DNA of 64,000 nucleotides from Nitrososphaerota archaeon (GTDB taxonomy: Archaea > Thermoproteota > Nitrososphaeria_A > Caldarchaeales > Caldarchaeaceae): the NCBI GenBank assembly GCA_041641305.1, contig JBEPYN010000001.1, positions 384,001 through 448,000 on the forward strand, given 5' to 3'. Below are positions 49,113 to 57,069 of the stretch, in pieces. A program made the translations under genes and the position numbers. Under the pieces are notes generated by a model. It was not told the origin of the DNA and searched no databases. It saw only the letters and a program-made list of their open reading frames with translations. Each line of letters begins with the position of its first letter. The first letter of the stretch is position 1.

Positions 49113-49295
49113 CTACTGGCCCCAGTCTTCCGCAACCTCTTCAGCAACTTTGAGTGAAGCTGTGTTCTTTTCATCCATGAAGTATTCCAGCTGGGCGCCG
49201 CAGTCCCCGCACTCAAACAACTCGCCGGGCAACGCGTCGTTCGGCACCTCCACGGACGCTCCGCAGACCGGACAGTTCAAAGAGGGCATACTCAT
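49113..49295 (-). CDS. lysW: Amino-group carrier protein LysW/ArgW (ends EDWGQ)
   Basis: CPVCG...CGDCGAQLE Zn finger; C-terminal EDWGQ. Confidence 0.92.
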   Translation of the reverse strand: MSMPSLNCPVCGASVEVPNDALPGELFECGDCGAQLEYFMDEKNTASLKVAEEVAEDWGQ

Positions 49296-49409
49296 TACCT
49301 CGCGGGACGTAATCGTAACGCCCTTATTTAAATCGTTATAGTTGTGGTGGAAATTTGTCGTGGGTCGGATGGTTTTTTCCGATTATCGTAATTGTCTAAA
49401 CATCCTTCG

Positions 49410-50216
49410 TCAACCGACGATAACCGTCCCGCCGCCTAAATCAGCCGCTTCAACAGGGTCGGCGACAAGCCCAGTGCATATGTGCGCCCTCTTTACACCT
49501 GATTGCACAGCCCTGGCGGCCATCATCACTTTGCGGTTCATGCCCGGCCCTATTTTGTCCAGTATCTCAAGCGCCTGTGCAGCGGTTAGACTCTTAACCA
49601 GCTCACCGTCAAGCAGCAACCCATCAACATCAGTGAGGAGATACAGCTTGTCTGCGTGTATGCTGCTTGCTATGGCGGCTGCGGCCGAGTCGCCGTCTAC
49701 GTTGAGTAATTCGCCTTCCTCCCCTATTGCGAGTGGTGAGACAACGAGCACAACCCCGAGCTCGAGTAGACGTTTTATGAATTGTGCGTCGACCTCTGTG
49801 ATTGTTCCCGTGTATCCGCCGTCGACCACACGTTTGCGTCCTCTTTCGTCGACTATCACGATTTTCTTCTTTCTCTGGGCTTTGATGATCGAAGCATCTA
49901 CTCCCGAGAGGTTTACAGCTTTAACGCCCAGCTTGTTGAGGTAGGCGGCAATCTCCTTGCCGAGTTTTCCGGCCATAACCATGGTGTAAACCTCTATCTC
50001 AGCGGAGTCGGTGAGCCTGCTTCTCACACCCGAGGGTGAGACAACTATCTTCGGCTCAACACCCAGCCGACGCTCAAACTCCGAAACAATATCTCCCCCA
50101 CCGTGGACGAAAACCACTCCATCCGAGGAATGCCGCGCGACTGACTGGAGTATGTTTTGTCTGTTCGACGCGAGAGCTCTACCACCTGCCTTGACAACTA
50201 TCACGGAATAGCTCAT
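49410..50216 (-). CDS. lysZ: [LysW]-aminoadipate/glutamate kinase
   Basis: VVKAGG, VHGGG, LNVDGD, GPGMNRK. Confidence 0.92.
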   Translation of the reverse strand: MSYSVIVVKAGGRALASNRQNILQSVARHSSDGVVFVHGGGDIVSEFERRLGVEPKIVVSPSGVRSRLTDSAEIEVYTMVMAGKLGKEIAAYLNKLGVKAVNLSGVDASIIKAQRKKKIVIVDERGRKRVVDGGYTGTITEVDAQFIKRLLELGVVLVVSPLAIGEEGELLNVDGDSAAAAIASSIHADKLYLLTDVDGLLLDGELVKSLTAAQALEILDKIGPGMNRKVMMAARAVQSGVKRAHICTGLVADPVEAADLGGGTVIVG

Positions 50217-50234
50217 CCCGATGTGGATTTAAGG

Positions 50235-51302
50235 TTAGGCTGGGCGCAGAGGAGGATAGTTGAGACCGTCTCTTTCATCGAAGCCGTGCATGATGTTGAA
50301 ACACTGAACCGCCTGCCCAGCCGCACCCTTCATCAGGTTATCAATCGCCGCGAAAAGAGCCGCGCGTCCTATCCTTTTCTCCACGGCGAAACCCACGTCA
50401 GCAAAATTGCTGCCCACAACATATTTTGGGTCAGGATACCTGAAAGGCGCCCCATGAACTATCCTTATGAAGGGCTCCTTGGCGTAGCGGCTTGCATACA
50501 CTTTCCAGACATTGTTTTCATCAGTTTCCTCGTTTAGAAACCATACATGAGCTGTTGCAAGTGCTCCGCGTACTGCTCCGACGGCGTGCGGAACCAGTGC
50601 TACCTTTACCGGCTTTTTCGCAAGCAGAGAGAGCTCCTGCTCAACCTCGGCAACATGCCTATGCCCCTCCGCCTCATACGGCCTCATCACGTTAGCTCTC
50701 TCCGGATGATGGGTGCCCAGCGAAGGCTTTATCCCAGCCTCACTGCTCCCAACCTTGACGTCAACAACAATCCTCTCCAAATCAATCAACCCCTGCTCTA
50801 CGGCGGGAACAAGAGCTATCAACGCTGCAGTAGAGTTGCAGCCGGGACAAGCGACGAGCGACGCTGTTTTGATAAATTCTCTGTATATTTCGGGCAAACC
50901 ATAAACCGCTTTGTCCAAGAGCTCGGGCCTCGGATGCTTCGTCTCATACCACTTCTCGTAGTCAGCGGGCTTTCTTAAGCGGAAGTCGGCGCTGAGGTCG
51001 AGGACTCGGAGGCCTCTGTCAAGGAACTGCGGTGTCAATGTGGAGGATACGCCGTGTGGTGTGTTGACGAAGACTGTGTCACATTTCTCGACAAGTGCTT
51101 CGACATTTACTTCGGAGAACTTGAGACCTTTGTAGAAGCCGCGGAGATGAGGATGGATTGCTGTAAAGGGCTTGCCAGCATATTCCCGTGATGTTACATA
51201 GGTTACTTCAACGTTTGGATGGACCGCGAGAATTCTTAGAAGCTCTCCTCCTGTGTATCCGGAGCCGCCGACTAAACCTACACGGACAACCATTCCAGCC
51301 AC
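50235..51302 (-). CDS. lysY: [LysW]-phosphate reductase (ArgC-like)
   Basis: GGSGYTGGEL, DLSADFRL, PGCNST, DNLMKGAAGQA. Confidence 0.93.
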   Translation of the reverse strand: MAGMVVRVGLVGGSGYTGGELLRILAVHPNVEVTYVTSREYAGKPFTAIHPHLRGFYKGLKFSEVNVEALVEKCDTVFVNTPHGVSSTLTPQFLDRGLRVLDLSADFRLRKPADYEKWYETKHPRPELLDKAVYGLPEIYREFIKTASLVACPGCNSTAALIALVPAVEQGLIDLERIVVDVKVGSSEAGIKPSLGTHHPERANVMRPYEAEGHRHVAEVEQELSLLAKKPVKVALVPHAVGAVRGALATAHVWFLNEETDENNVWKVYASRYAKEPFIRIVHGAPFRYPDPKYVVGSNFADVGFAVEKRIGRAALFAAIDNLMKGAAGQAVQCFNIMHGFDERDGLNYPPLRPA

Positions 51303-51358
51303 ATATCCTGCCCCCTTTTTTATAAAGCATATTATTTACTCCGTTACTTCTACTGCCG

Positions 51359-51790
51359 ATGTCGGCGGACATCGATGAGATTGATAGAAAGATAATTGAG
51401 ATGCTAAAGGAGGATGCTAGGAGAAATTTCACTGAGGTGGGGAAGGTGCTTGGTTTGTCTGAGGGGGCTGTGCGCCGGAGGGTGAAAAACCTCATGGACA
51501 AAGGTGTCATCAAAGGGTTTACCGTGGTTCTCTCCAAAGACTATGGAGTTAAGGCCGTTACCTTTCTCAGCGTCCATCCCTCTGTGCCCACCCCCGAGGT
51601 CGCCGACAAGCTCATCAAGTTGGAGGGTGTTGAAGAGGTTTACGAGATCACGGGAACAAGGGACGTCATGGCTATAATCACGGTACCCTCGATGGCGTCA
51701 CTTAACAAGGTCATCGAAGCTATTAGAAACATATCCGGTGTCAGCGAAACCAACACAAGCATTATTCTTAGGCAAGTTAGGAAAAGTTAG
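51359..51790 (+). CDS. Lrp/AsnC-family regulator (LysM-like), divergent from the lys genes
   Basis: IDEIDRKII...LSEGAVRRRV HTH; VYEITG. Confidence 0.88.
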   Translation: MSADIDEIDRKIIEMLKEDARRNFTEVGKVLGLSEGAVRRRVKNLMDKGVIKGFTVVLSKDYGVKAVTFLSVHPSVPTPEVADKLIKLEGVEEVYEITGTRDVMAIITVPSMASLNKVIEAIRNISGVSETNTSIILRQVRKS

Positions 51791-52260
51791 TCGATGACCT
51801 TGGCCCGTGTTAAGAGAAGAAGCAGCTCATCATATGTGCTGTCAACATCGTTTACGGCGGACTCGGGGACGTCGAGGTTTACGGGTACGCGGTGCTTCCA
51901 GTAGTAGCCGTTCTCGACGTTTAGCCGTGTGAAGACGCCGGTAACAGCGGGCGGAAGCTTGTAGTTGTGTTTGTTAAGGATGTATTCGACGAAGCATATT
52001 CGGTAGGCTTTTTCATGGATGTCGCCGTAAAAAGTGTTGAAATAAACATGGAGAGGCGAGTTTCTGGTGTATGTTTCCCATGTTGTGAAGGCTGTGTAAA
52101 CAGGTATCCAGCCGTCGTCTCGGAGGACCTTGTCCTCGAGAGAGATGGGCCGTTTCCAGCTGCTTACGAAAAATCCTCTGGCCTCAAGCATGGGGATAAC
52201 ATATCTATGTATTATCCCCTGCCTCATCAGCTCAATCTTCTCCCTCAGCGTCAGCGCCAT
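51787..52260 (-). CDS. Hypothetical protein
   Basis: 157-aa ORF filling the gap; no motif recognised. Confidence 0.6.
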   Translation of the reverse strand: MALTLREKIELMRQGIIHRYVIPMLEARGFFVSSWKRPISLEDKVLRDDGWIPVYTAFTTWETYTRNSPLHVYFNTFYGDIHEKAYRICFVEYILNKHNYKLPPAVTGVFTRLNVENGYYWKHRVPVNLDVPESAVNDVDSTYDELLLLLTRAKVID

Positions 52261-52328
52261 ATATGTGCACCTTCGAAGCCGTCGGCCGCAAAACCGCCTA
52301 AAACAACATGTTCGGGTTGTTTAAAACT

Positions 52329-53132
52329 TCATTTTTCACAGGTCTTCAGATAGTTTAGAAGCCCTGACCCGTCGACCTTTTCCGCCGCGGATGTATCCGC
52401 TTTCATGAAGGTAATAGAGATAGCCTTTTCCACAAAAACGGCGTAGGCGTCTGTGCCTGGCTCAAGGTCTTTACGCAGCTCCCCCTTCAGCCAATAATAT
52501 GGCTTGCCTCGGGGGTCTATTCGCTCCTCGACAAGCTCTTTGTAACGGTTTCTCGCCGCCCTCGTTATGACGTAGGGGGTGGAGTCTGAAACCATGTATG
52601 GGAAGTTGACGTTCAGATAGTCTGCGCCCTTTGGAAGCCCGTGTTGAAGAAGATAGCTTATGATGGGCTTTGCTTTGGCCGCTGCTTTGGCCATCATGGT
52701 TTTCATCCACTCGGCCGACGGAACACTGTCCTCCGGCAGCGAGAGTGAGAAGGCGGCAGCCGGATAACCCATCAGGCAAGCCCTTATGGCCGCGCCGATG
52801 GTTCCGCTGCCATAAACAGCCTGAAGCGAGACGTTGTTACCCTCGTTTATCCCCGAGACCACGAGATCCGGGCCCTCGCCGCCGTAGACATGCCTAACCG
52901 CCATTATCACGCAGTCTGAGGGGCTGCCTGAGCAGGAGTATGCTACATGTCCTCCGAACTTAATTTTCCTTAGCCGTAGCGGCTTGTGGAGGGTTATGCT
53001 CATGCCGACGGCGCTTTTCATCGACTCGGGCGCAACAACCGTGACCTCGCCCAAATCACTTAAAACATCATAGATGGCCCAGAGACCGGGCTTCAGAACA
53101 CCGTCGTCGTTGGTGAGAAGTATTTTCTTCAA
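52329..53132 (-). CDS. surE: 5'/3'-nucleotidase SurE
   Basis: ILLTNDDG, GSPSDCV, SGINEG, DPRGKPYYW. Confidence 0.95.
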   Translation of the reverse strand: MKKILLTNDDGVLKPGLWAIYDVLSDLGEVTVVAPESMKSAVGMSITLHKPLRLRKIKFGGHVAYSCSGSPSDCVIMAVRHVYGGEGPDLVVSGINEGNNVSLQAVYGSGTIGAAIRACLMGYPAAAFSLSLPEDSVPSAEWMKTMMAKAAAKAKPIISYLLQHGLPKGADYLNVNFPYMVSDSTPYVITRAARNRYKELVEERIDPRGKPYYWLKGELRKDLEPGTDAYAVFVEKAISITFMKADTSAAEKVDGSGLLNYLKTCEK

Positions 53133-53134
53133 GC

Positions 53135-53734
53135 CTATTCCTTCTGCATCAGCATCTTCGCAATCTCTGTCCGGAGAACAGGCTTAAGCCTCTCGAGCCT
53201 CGCTTCGACGGAGTTATCGTATCTCATGGAGCCGTCGACTGAGGTTGCTCTTAGCCCCGCCTTAATCGGCGCCGGCTTACCAGACACAACAACTTTTACT
53301 CCGTATTTCTTCTCAGCCACCACCTCTCTCAGGAGTGGGAGAGCCACCTCGTTTGTCTCAACCACTATGTCACGGCCCATAACCTGCACGGTTTCATCCA
53401 ATAACCTAGTAAGCACCTTTTTGAACTCAGGCGTCCCCGATTCCTTGGCTATCTTCTCGAGAACAGACTCGAATATTTTGTTGACTTCTTCCTCGACGGC
53501 CGCTATCGCCATGTTCTTGGACTGGATTTCCGCTGTGCTTAGTATCCTTTGGACGGATGCTTGGCGCGATGCTTTGCCCGCCTCCTCAATCTGGGCCAGC
53601 TCTTGCATAACTTCTCTTTCCACGCGGTTGACCACCTCGAGGGCCTCCGCCTCCGCTTGATCGAGAACCTTCAACCCGTTCATCAAAGCGTCCTGAAGAA
53701 CCTCGTTAATCACTTTGGACAGCGGCACCGACAA
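53135..53734 (-). CDS. A/V-type ATP synthase subunit E
   Basis: Helical charged N-terminus; SVDGSMRYDNSVEARL; adjacent to subunit F. Confidence 0.8.
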   Translation of the reverse strand: MSVPLSKVINEVLQDALMNGLKVLDQAEAEALEVVNRVEREVMQELAQIEEAGKASRQASVQRILSTAEIQSKNMAIAAVEEEVNKIFESVLEKIAKESGTPEFKKVLTRLLDETVQVMGRDIVVETNEVALPLLREVVAEKKYGVKVVVSGKPAPIKAGLRATSVDGSMRYDNSVEARLERLKPVLRTEIAKMLMQKE

Positions 53735-53775
53735 GACTGCTCAACCCGAGAACATACACCCTCCTAAAAAAGATG

Positions 53776-54072
53776 TCAAACACCGAGGACGCTGCGGAGA
53801 AGCTTGCGGTAATCGATTTTCCGCGGGGCCCCTACAGGTGGTGACAGCTCATACACCAGCGGCGTGGGCTTGCGGGCCCTTAGCTCGTTCAACTCATCCC
53901 TGAACTTTTCTGAAAGGTCTTCCGAGACGATTATCAAGCCGACATCAGCCCTGCCCATAAGCTCCTTGATGGTTTTGAAAGCCTCCTCCGGTGAGTTGAC
54001 CGCGACACCCTCCGCACCGGCTAAGATGAAGCCGTTCACAAAAGTCGCTCCACCGACAGCGTATACCTTCAA
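53776..54072 (-). CDS. A/V-type ATP synthase subunit F
   Basis: GFILAG, DVGLIIVSE, LRSVLGV. Confidence 0.88.
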   Translation of the reverse strand: MKVYAVGGATFVNGFILAGAEGVAVNSPEEAFKTIKELMGRADVGLIIVSEDLSEKFRDELNELRARKPTPLVYELSPPVGAPRKIDYRKLLRSVLGV

Positions 54073-54106
54073 TCCGTCAAGCCTTCTTTCACTCCTTGAT
54101 TTAACG

Positions 54107-55264
54107 TTAAACCACGAGCTCTACGGTGTCGCCGTCCATCAGGACGTGGCTGGGCCCAACCTGCTGACCCTGTATCTTAACCGACCTACCCCAGACCCGT
54201 GCATACCGCAGCTCCTCCGCTATCTCACGGTGAATGATCTGAGCGAGCTCCCTAACGGTTGTCCCCTTCTTCACCACAACGGGTTTCCTGTTAACGACGC
54301 CGTCTTTCTGGGTGTAGATCCTGATGAGCTCGAGATGCTGAAATATCTGTTCGGCGAGGTCTCTGTAGCTGGCGGGACTGCTTTCCGCGATATAAATAAG
54401 TGGGAGACTTAGTTCCTCGGTTGAGCGGCTCAGCTTCTCAGCTTCAGCAGCTGGTATATGTTGGCTGCGTCCCACGGCGACCAGGGCTTTTTTGTAGATT
54501 GTTGGACGGAAAACCTGTTCCAAAACCCCGTCCACATCAGTTTCGCCGTATATCTTAACAACAGCGTTACGTATCCCTATCTGCTGGAGCTGTGACTTAA
54601 GCTCTGCTAAAGAGCCGTGGAAGCGGCCGAACAAGACAATCCTTATGCCGCCGCTGTCCGTCTTCTCGACCTCTACATCGAAGCTCTTTTCACCCAGCAT
54701 TATGCCAGCGTCGTCAAGCATCTCGACAAGTTTATGGAGTTGCTGCACGGGGTTGCTCATGCCGTCTAACGTGAGCACGATGAGGTCGGCGCCACGGGCC
54801 GCGGCTATGCTTCTGACAGCGAAAGGTGTTGGCTCTAGTTTTGACGTAAGGACGGCGGGAAGCTCAACAAGCTGGATGTAAACATCTTCGTAGAGCATCA
54901 TGGCTGGGACTGGGCGGGTTGTCGTCAACTCATACATACCCACCTCGGGCTTGGCGTTTGTCAGGGCCCTTATGATGGTTGATTTTCCCGAGTTAGCTAC
55001 ACCGAGGAGTGCAACCGTGGCGGCGCCCTCTTTTCTGAATGCGAAAAGATCGGTGCGGGAAACCTTGGCTGACTTTTTCCTCTCAGCCTCTTTCCGAAGC
55101 TTGGCGAGGGTTGTCTTCAGCTGCGCCCGCATCTTTTCCGTGCCTTTATGGTCAGGTATAAGCGGCAGAGCCTCCTCGAGGGCCCTTATCTTCTCCTCGA
55201 TTGTACGGGCCTCCTGATACTTGGCCAGCTTCGCCTGAGCCTCGGCGGGAAGGTTTGTCGGCAT
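54107..55264 (-). CDS. DRG/OBG-family GTPase with TGS domain
   Basis: MPTNLP, HKGTEK, GVANSGKS, ARVWGRSVK..GQQVG. Confidence 0.9.
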   Translation of the reverse strand: MPTNLPAEAQAKLAKYQEARTIEEKIRALEEALPLIPDHKGTEKMRAQLKTTLAKLRKEAERKKSAKVSRTDLFAFRKEGAATVALLGVANSGKSTIIRALTNAKPEVGMYELTTTRPVPAMMLYEDVYIQLVELPAVLTSKLEPTPFAVRSIAAARGADLIVLTLDGMSNPVQQLHKLVEMLDDAGIMLGEKSFDVEVEKTDSGGIRIVLFGRFHGSLAELKSQLQQIGIRNAVVKIYGETDVDGVLEQVFRPTIYKKALVAVGRSQHIPAAEAEKLSRSTEELSLPLIYIAESSPASYRDLAEQIFQHLELIRIYTQKDGVVNRKPVVVKKGTTVRELAQIIHREIAEELRYARVWGRSVKIQGQQVGPSHVLMDGDTVELVV

Positions 55265-55301
55265 CCCTTGTGTCAGGCAGCCCTCCGAAGGAATAAAGGT
55301 T

Positions 55302-55841
55302 TCATAGATAGTTGAGCAGAAAGTAGACAAGTACGCCGAGGACAAGGCTTAGGCTCCACAGCCTCACCCCCCATCTACCGACGGCTCTGTGCCTCGTCTT
55401 TTTCCCAACTTCTGCGACTGGTGTAAAAAGCCCGGTTAAGATGTTGTAGAGCACAAGAGGTACGGAGACAATTGAGAGACCGAGATGAATGATGAGAGAG
55501 GGTAGGTAGACAAAATCACGTATTGGCTGTGGGCCTGTGAACTGTTTTACTCCCCCGAGGAAGAGGCGTCCGAGATACATCGTCAAAAAAGCCGTAATTA
55601 GGATGAATGAGGCCAGCATCAGAAGTCTGTGAAGACGGATGTCGCGTCTCCTGATGGCTCTGTAACCCGTGAGAAGAGTGACGACGGCGACTGAGTTGAC
55701 GGCCGCGATAGCATGGGGCAGGATTTCCACGAGCGGTGAAGACGTCGCTGGAAGTTCCCGCGGAGCAAGGAGCAGGTAGCCGAGAACACCGTATGCGGCT
55801 AAAGTTATGACAAGAGTCACGAGCGAAAACCTGCTGAACAC
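55302..55841 (-). CDS. DUF420 membrane protein
   Basis: LPHAIAAVN, HRLLM, LIIHLGLS, HRAVGRW. Confidence 0.85.
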   Translation of the reverse strand: MFSRFSLVTLVITLAAYGVLGYLLLAPRELPATSSPLVEILPHAIAAVNSVAVVTLLTGYRAIRRRDIRLHRLLMLASFILITAFLTMYLGRLFLGGVKQFTGPQPIRDFVYLPSLIIHLGLSIVSVPLVLYNILTGLFTPVAEVGKKTRHRAVGRWGVRLWSLSLVLGVLVYFLLNYL

Positions 55842-56013
55842 ACCTGCTTATACAAGGGTCACAATTTAAAGCTCCGTACTCCGAGCTGACCATCCTCCTC
55901 ATCAAACACTCACACCAGACAAACTATCACCCCAAACATAAACAAAAACACCATAAAAGAAGGGAGAAAAGAGGGGATGGTTGGCTGGCAGGCAACCACC
56001 AACAACACCTAGG

Positions 56014-56104
56014 AAACCCTAAAAGAAGCCGGCACTTTAATTGTGACGGCAAGCCTCTTAAAGAGACTCTTTATTTAATTTGGCATACCGGCTTTTTTGG
56101 GTTT
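56014..56104 (-). ncRNA. Putative dual-guide hairpin RNA (two UGCC-N9-AAAG segments) downstream of the IS110/TasR-like gene
   Basis: Minus strand GCCGGUA-UGCC-AAAUUAAAU-AAAG-AGUCUCU-UUA-AGAGGCU-UGCC-GUCACAAUU-AAAG-UGCCGGC; both stem mismatches become G.U only on the minus strand. Confidence 0.6.
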
Positions 56105-57069
56105 TATCCCTGTTGTTGGGCCGGTATGCCTGCCAGCTTCTGGGTTTCCTGTCTGATGGTCGTCCAGATTGTTTTTAGTAGTTCTTGTTGTTGTTTTCCT
56201 TGTTGTTCTGTTCCATGTATTGCTCTTGCTAGTCTGGTTAAGGCGTGTCGTGTCTCATGGTTGTATTGTTTGTATCGTTTATTATCGAAGAGGCGTAGGT
56301 AACGTTTGAGCTTCATGAAGCCTCTTGAGAAGTCGACATAGGTCAACAATTCAGCCAAAGCCTCCCTAGCCATCACATGGTTGTCTCTTATTCCGAGTAT
56401 GTCTGCGATTGTTTTGTAGTATGGGTACCTCCTCTCAGCCTCCTCAGCAATAATCTCTGCCAGCTTCCTCATTCTCTCCTCGTTAAACCTTATCTCCTCC
56501 CTCAGTATCCTTCTCTCCATCTCTGATACTGCCTTAGACATGTTGAGCAGTCTCTGATGAGTTTTTAGGAGACTCCGGAAGGCAGCTATCATCCTCCTCA
56601 TTATGAGGAAGTCTTCATCCACCCTACGGAACCACTTATCACCAATAGCCATCAGAACCCTGATGTCAGATTTCGCGGACTTGGATTTTATGTTCAGCCT
56701 CTGCCTCACCGCCTCAATCATGCTTAGTCTCCGCAGATAGTAGACCTCTGCGCCTCTCCTCAGAAGCTCCATGAAACCATCTGTGTGGATTATTGGGATG
56801 GTGTCGACGAATACCTTGTCTCCCGGACCCACAGGAATCTCCGAAGGAGAATCAACATGCCTAAAGTTTTCGCCATCAGTTGTGTATGTTATCCTGTATC
56901 CGCTGTCGTCTTTCTTACGGTGGATGTCGGCGTAGAACCTTTTTACACCTTCTGCGCCCACGCCCTTGTCGCCCACCGCCGGGCCAGCGGCGGACGCCCC
57001 CGAATCATCAATCAGCCTCTCGGGAGCGGAGTCCGACTGGGAAGACGCGGAGGACATAATCCTCCCCAT
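56104..57069 (-). CDS. Divergent IS110/TasR-like protein (RuvC-like domain, coiled coil, Nop/HhH-like C-terminus); start uncertain
   Basis: FYADIH / VFVDT / KSAKSDIRVL resemble IS110 DEDD motifs; ILGI...ALAELL...F...LKRYLRL...YNHETRHAL resembles the IS110 C-terminal domain without the SG loop. Confidence 0.55.
   Translation of the reverse strand: MGRIMSSASSQSDSAPERLIDDSGASAAGPAVGDKGVGAEGVKRFYADIHRKKDDSGYRITYTTDGENFRHVDSPSEIPVGPGDKVFVDTIPIIHTDGFMELLRRGAEVYYLRRLSMIEAVRQRLNIKSKSAKSDIRVLMAIGDKWFRRVDEDFLIMRRMIAAFRSLLKTHQRLLNMSKAVSEMERRILREEIRFNEERMRKLAEIIAEEAERRYPYYKTIADILGIRDNHVMAREALAELLTYVDFSRGFMKLKRYLRLFDNKRYKQYNHETRHALTRLARAIHGTEQQGKQQQELLKTIWTTIRQETQKLAGIPAQQQG

Noticed and set aside
56014-56104. 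Hairpin as a simple terminator
   Set aside because: The large symmetric internal loop with duplicated boxes and a local 9-mer match is not explained by termination, though a dual role is possible.
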